Source of the DNA: a virus
Length of the DNA: 27,704 nt
IMG/VR virus record: IMGVR_UViG_3300040751_001853
Reading direction: 5' to 3' (one strand)
The translations under genes were made by a program, and so were the position numbers. Within the stretch, counting starts at the first letter, position 1. Each line of letters starts with the position of its first letter. Below, piece by piece: positions 25,577-27,704 of the stretch. Under the pieces are notes generated by a model. That model searched no databases. It had not been told where the DNA came from and saw only the letters and a list, made by a program, of their open reading frames with translations.

Positions 25577-26305
25577 ATGAATATATTATTAACTGGTAGT
25601 GAAGGCTTTATAGGCCAACACCTATTCAACTTTTTAAAAATTAATCACAAAGTAATTTGTCTGGATAAACAAACAGGCAATGATCTGCTTACTTGCGACT
25701 TAAAATATAACGTAGATTTAGTTATACATCTTGCTGGCCTTTCTGGTGTACGAGATAGTTTAGATAGACCTACAGAATATTGGGAACAAAATGTAATCGC
25801 AGGTCAAAGACTTTTTGATTATTTCAAAGATACAAGAATCTTATACGCAAGTTCATCAACAGCACACGAGCCTTGGAAAAATCCATATGCTATGAGTAAA
25901 TATAGCCTTGAGCAAATTGCTCCAGAGAATAGTGTTGGTATGAGATTTACAACCGTGTATGGTCCTAACGCTAGAGATACAATGTTAATACCAAGAATAT
26001 TACGAAATGATGTTCCTTATATTAACACAAATCATAGTAGGGATTTTATACACGTTGACGATTTAGTGAGAGCGATAGACAGTTTGATTAAATCAAACTT
26101 AAAGGGTATTACAGACATAGGTTCAGGAAGAACAAACAACCTTATAGAGTTGGTTGATTATTTTAAAATTGATTGTAAACGTGTTGTGGGAAATACGTTT
26201 GAACGATTAGATAACCTTGCTGATAATACCCTACTAAATACAATTGGATGGTCACCAAAAATTGACTTATATAATTATATAAAGGAGAACCGAAATGATA
26301 ACTGA
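25577..26305 (+). CDS. NAD-dependent nucleotide-sugar epimerase/dehydratase (extended SDR)
   Basis: ILLTGSEGFIG (GxxGxxG), IHLAG, YASSS, YAMSK (YxxxK), RFTTVYGP, RDFIHVDD. Confidence 0.92.
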   Translation: MNILLTGSEGFIGQHLFNFLKINHKVICLDKQTGNDLLTCDLKYNVDLVIHLAGLSGVRDSLDRPTEYWEQNVIAGQRLFDYFKDTRILYASSSTAHEPWKNPYAMSKYSLEQIAPENSVGMRFTTVYGPNARDTMLIPRILRNDVPYINTNHSRDFIHVDDLVRAIDSLIKSNLKGITDIGSGRTNNLIELVDYFKIDCKRVVGNTFERLDNLADNTLLNTIGWSPKIDLYNYIKENRNDN

Positions 26306-26789
26306 AGAATATTTAAAAGATAATTTTTTAACTGCATATTTTATAGATAGTGAAAGACAAAATATAGAAGTGCAAACAACAACTGAAGATAAGAAAAAAG
26401 TTTTTACTACTATTATTCCATATGATGAAAATGGAGAGCAGTTTAAAGCTCTGTCAAAATTTATGAACCTTGATCAGTTGCACGAATCGACTTATCAAAA
26501 ACATAAAAATGAAAGAAAATTATTTGAAGAATCTGTGATAAGAATTGCACAAAAAACTGGTCTTATTATGGATAGTGAAAAAATTGATACTAAATTTTAT
26601 CCAACTTTAGTAACTTCTTTGTTTGAGGATCAGGATGACGCCGATCACGTTTTTGCTTTAAAACTTGCTTTATTTGAATTAGACTCTATAAAAGATTCTA
26701 CAAATGAGGATGCTAAAAAAGAATTAAGAAAAGCTAAAAATAAATTAGATATTCTTTCAGCGGCTATTCAATGTATGGGTAAGAAATAA
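26295..26789 (+). CDS. Hypothetical protein
   Basis: AAGGAG upstream; overlaps the epimerase stop; 164 aa. Confidence 0.75.
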   Translation: MITEEYLKDNFLTAYFIDSERQNIEVQTTTEDKKKVFTTIIPYDENGEQFKALSKFMNLDQLHESTYQKHKNERKLFEESVIRIAQKTGLIMDSEKIDTKFYPTLVTSLFEDQDDADHVFALKLALFELDSIKDSTNEDAKKELRKAKNKLDILSAAIQCMGKK

Positions 26790-27340
26790 TTAGAATACCA
26801 ACCTGTCCATCCTTTTTCTTGTAGATGGTGCATTTGACCTAACGTACATACACTAAATTGAGATGGTTGTTGGTAGATATAATCTTTAATTGAAGGACAT
26901 ACTTTATCGTATGTTTCATATTTAATATTTTTATAATACCATTCATCACTACCTCTAGTATATGTACTAACAAAAAATTCATCATTTTTCTTAAATTTAT
27001 CCCATATGTAGGATACATCACCTGTCCAAGATACTATTGATGAGTTTAAAGGTGTATGAGCTGGTTCTCTCCACCACGTATCATCTAATAATGTAAAGTT
27101 TTTTCTTATAAGATTAGGAAGTTTATCATAGATCACTAAATCTAAATCAAAATATAGATTTTCATCATCTCTAAATCTGTCATACATTTGAAGCTTATTG
27201 AACCAATTGCCATATAGATCATTTTCTATAACTTCAAAACTATCATACTTTAGACCAGAGTATTCATCTATCATATGTTTTAAGTTGTCAACGTGCCATT
27301 GAGTAAACTTTTCACCAAATCTACAACAAATAATTCTCAT
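26768..27340 (-). CDS. GT-A fold glycosyltransferase-like protein
   Basis: IICCRFG.KF...HVDNL..MI; WFNKLQMY; LYFDLDLVI (DxD); NSSIVSW; GSDEW. Confidence 0.78.
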   Translation of the reverse strand: MRIICCRFGEKFTQWHVDNLKHMIDEYSGLKYDSFEVIENDLYGNWFNKLQMYDRFRDDENLYFDLDLVIYDKLPNLIRKNFTLLDDTWWREPAHTPLNSSIVSWTGDVSYIWDKFKKNDEFFVSTYTRGSDEWYYKNIKYETYDKVCPSIKDYIYQQPSQFSVCTLGQMHHLQEKGWTGWYSNYFLPIH

Positions 27341-27704
27341 TTATTTTTCTTCCTACACCTGTAAAGTGTATAACTTTTAGTTTGTCATTTACTTGTTTAT
27401 CTAATATCATATAATCAGTATTAAACTTTTGCATATACATTTTATTTAGCTTTAAATTTTCTTTATAATCATCTGTGTATTTAGCAATCCATTCACTAGG
27501 TGTTTTAGTTAGTTTTGCCTTATGTTCTAATATCTTCCACTTGACATAATTTTGTTCACCATAATACTTCTTATGTACGGTGCCTTCCTTATAGAAATGT
27601 AATTGCCAGTATTCAGGATTGAGTGCAAAATCATCCCATACAAATTTTAAACTACCTGATTTAAACTTATAAAAACCACCATTGATACCTAGTTTATTTT
27701 CCCA
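27321..27704 (-). CDS. GT8-like glycosyltransferase, C-terminal part (start outside the window)
   Basis: Open frame from 27704: WENKLGINGGFYKF...YYGEQNYV...KVIHFTG...NNLL-stop(TAG 27323-27321); NxG, GEQ and IHFxG are GT8-type motifs; absent from the supplied ORF track. Confidence 0.72.
   Translation of the reverse strand, partial: WENKLGINGGFYKFKSGSLKFVWDDFALNPEYWQLHFYKEGTVHKKYYGEQNYVKWKILEHKAKLTKTPSEWIAKYTDDYKENLKLNKMYMQKFNTDYMILDKQVNDKLKVIHFTGVGRKINENYLL

Larger units (their letters stand above)
1..27704. mobile_element. Fragment of a T4-like myovirus genome (marine, probably infecting Alphaproteobacteria/SAR11)
   Basis: Baseplate genes in the marine T4-like order (PAAR, gp25, gp6, gp7, gp8, VrlC-like); repeated T4 late promoter TATAAATA upstream of structural genes; dense, overlapping genes; AT-rich; no cellular housekeeping genes. 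Confidence 0.93.

Noticed and set aside
26839-27021. 60-aa minus-strand ORF
   Set aside because: Out-of-frame ORF nested within the glycosyltransferase gene
1-27704. CRISPR array, DGR, intron/intein or stop-codon recoding
   Set aside because: No spaced direct repeats, reverse transcriptase, homing endonuclease or intein motifs seen; TAA, TAG and TGA all end genes at sensible positions

Overview
AT-rich (roughly 30% GC by eye) segment of a T4-like (Tevenvirinae/Kyanoviridae-type) marine myophage genome. The host is inferred to be an alphaproteobacterium, possibly SAR11/Pelagibacter as for HTVC008M-like phages, from base composition, gene order and an alphaproteobacterial-type LexA box. From left to right: (1) a 5'-truncated hypothetical gene; (2) a tightly coupled minus-strand enzyme operon (N-terminal-Twitch radical SAM, stand-alone Twitch/SPASM protein, second radical SAM, QueC-like PP-loop ATPase, nitroreductase) behind a near-consensus sigma70 promoter; (3) a small late transcript including an unannotated 25-aa membrane peptide; (4) a probably leaderless early operon of small genes ending in a secreted SxxK serine hydrolase with a CxxCH motif; (5) a divergent control region with a GAAC-N7-GAAC box next to a T4 late promoter; (6) the late baseplate/tail module (PAAR, gp25, gp6, gp7, fibre, gp8, 2033-aa VrlC/DUF4815-like protein, further fibre/virion proteins), punctuated by TATAAATA late promoters; (7) a nucleotide-sugar epimerase and two convergent GT-A/GT8-like glycosyltransferases. 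No tRNA, rRNA, CRISPR array or IS element was seen. The strongest candidates for undescribed biology are the radical-SAM/QueC/nitroreductase tailoring operon and possible host-SOS (LexA) control at the early/late switch. All family assignments come from motifs read by eye; no searches were run.
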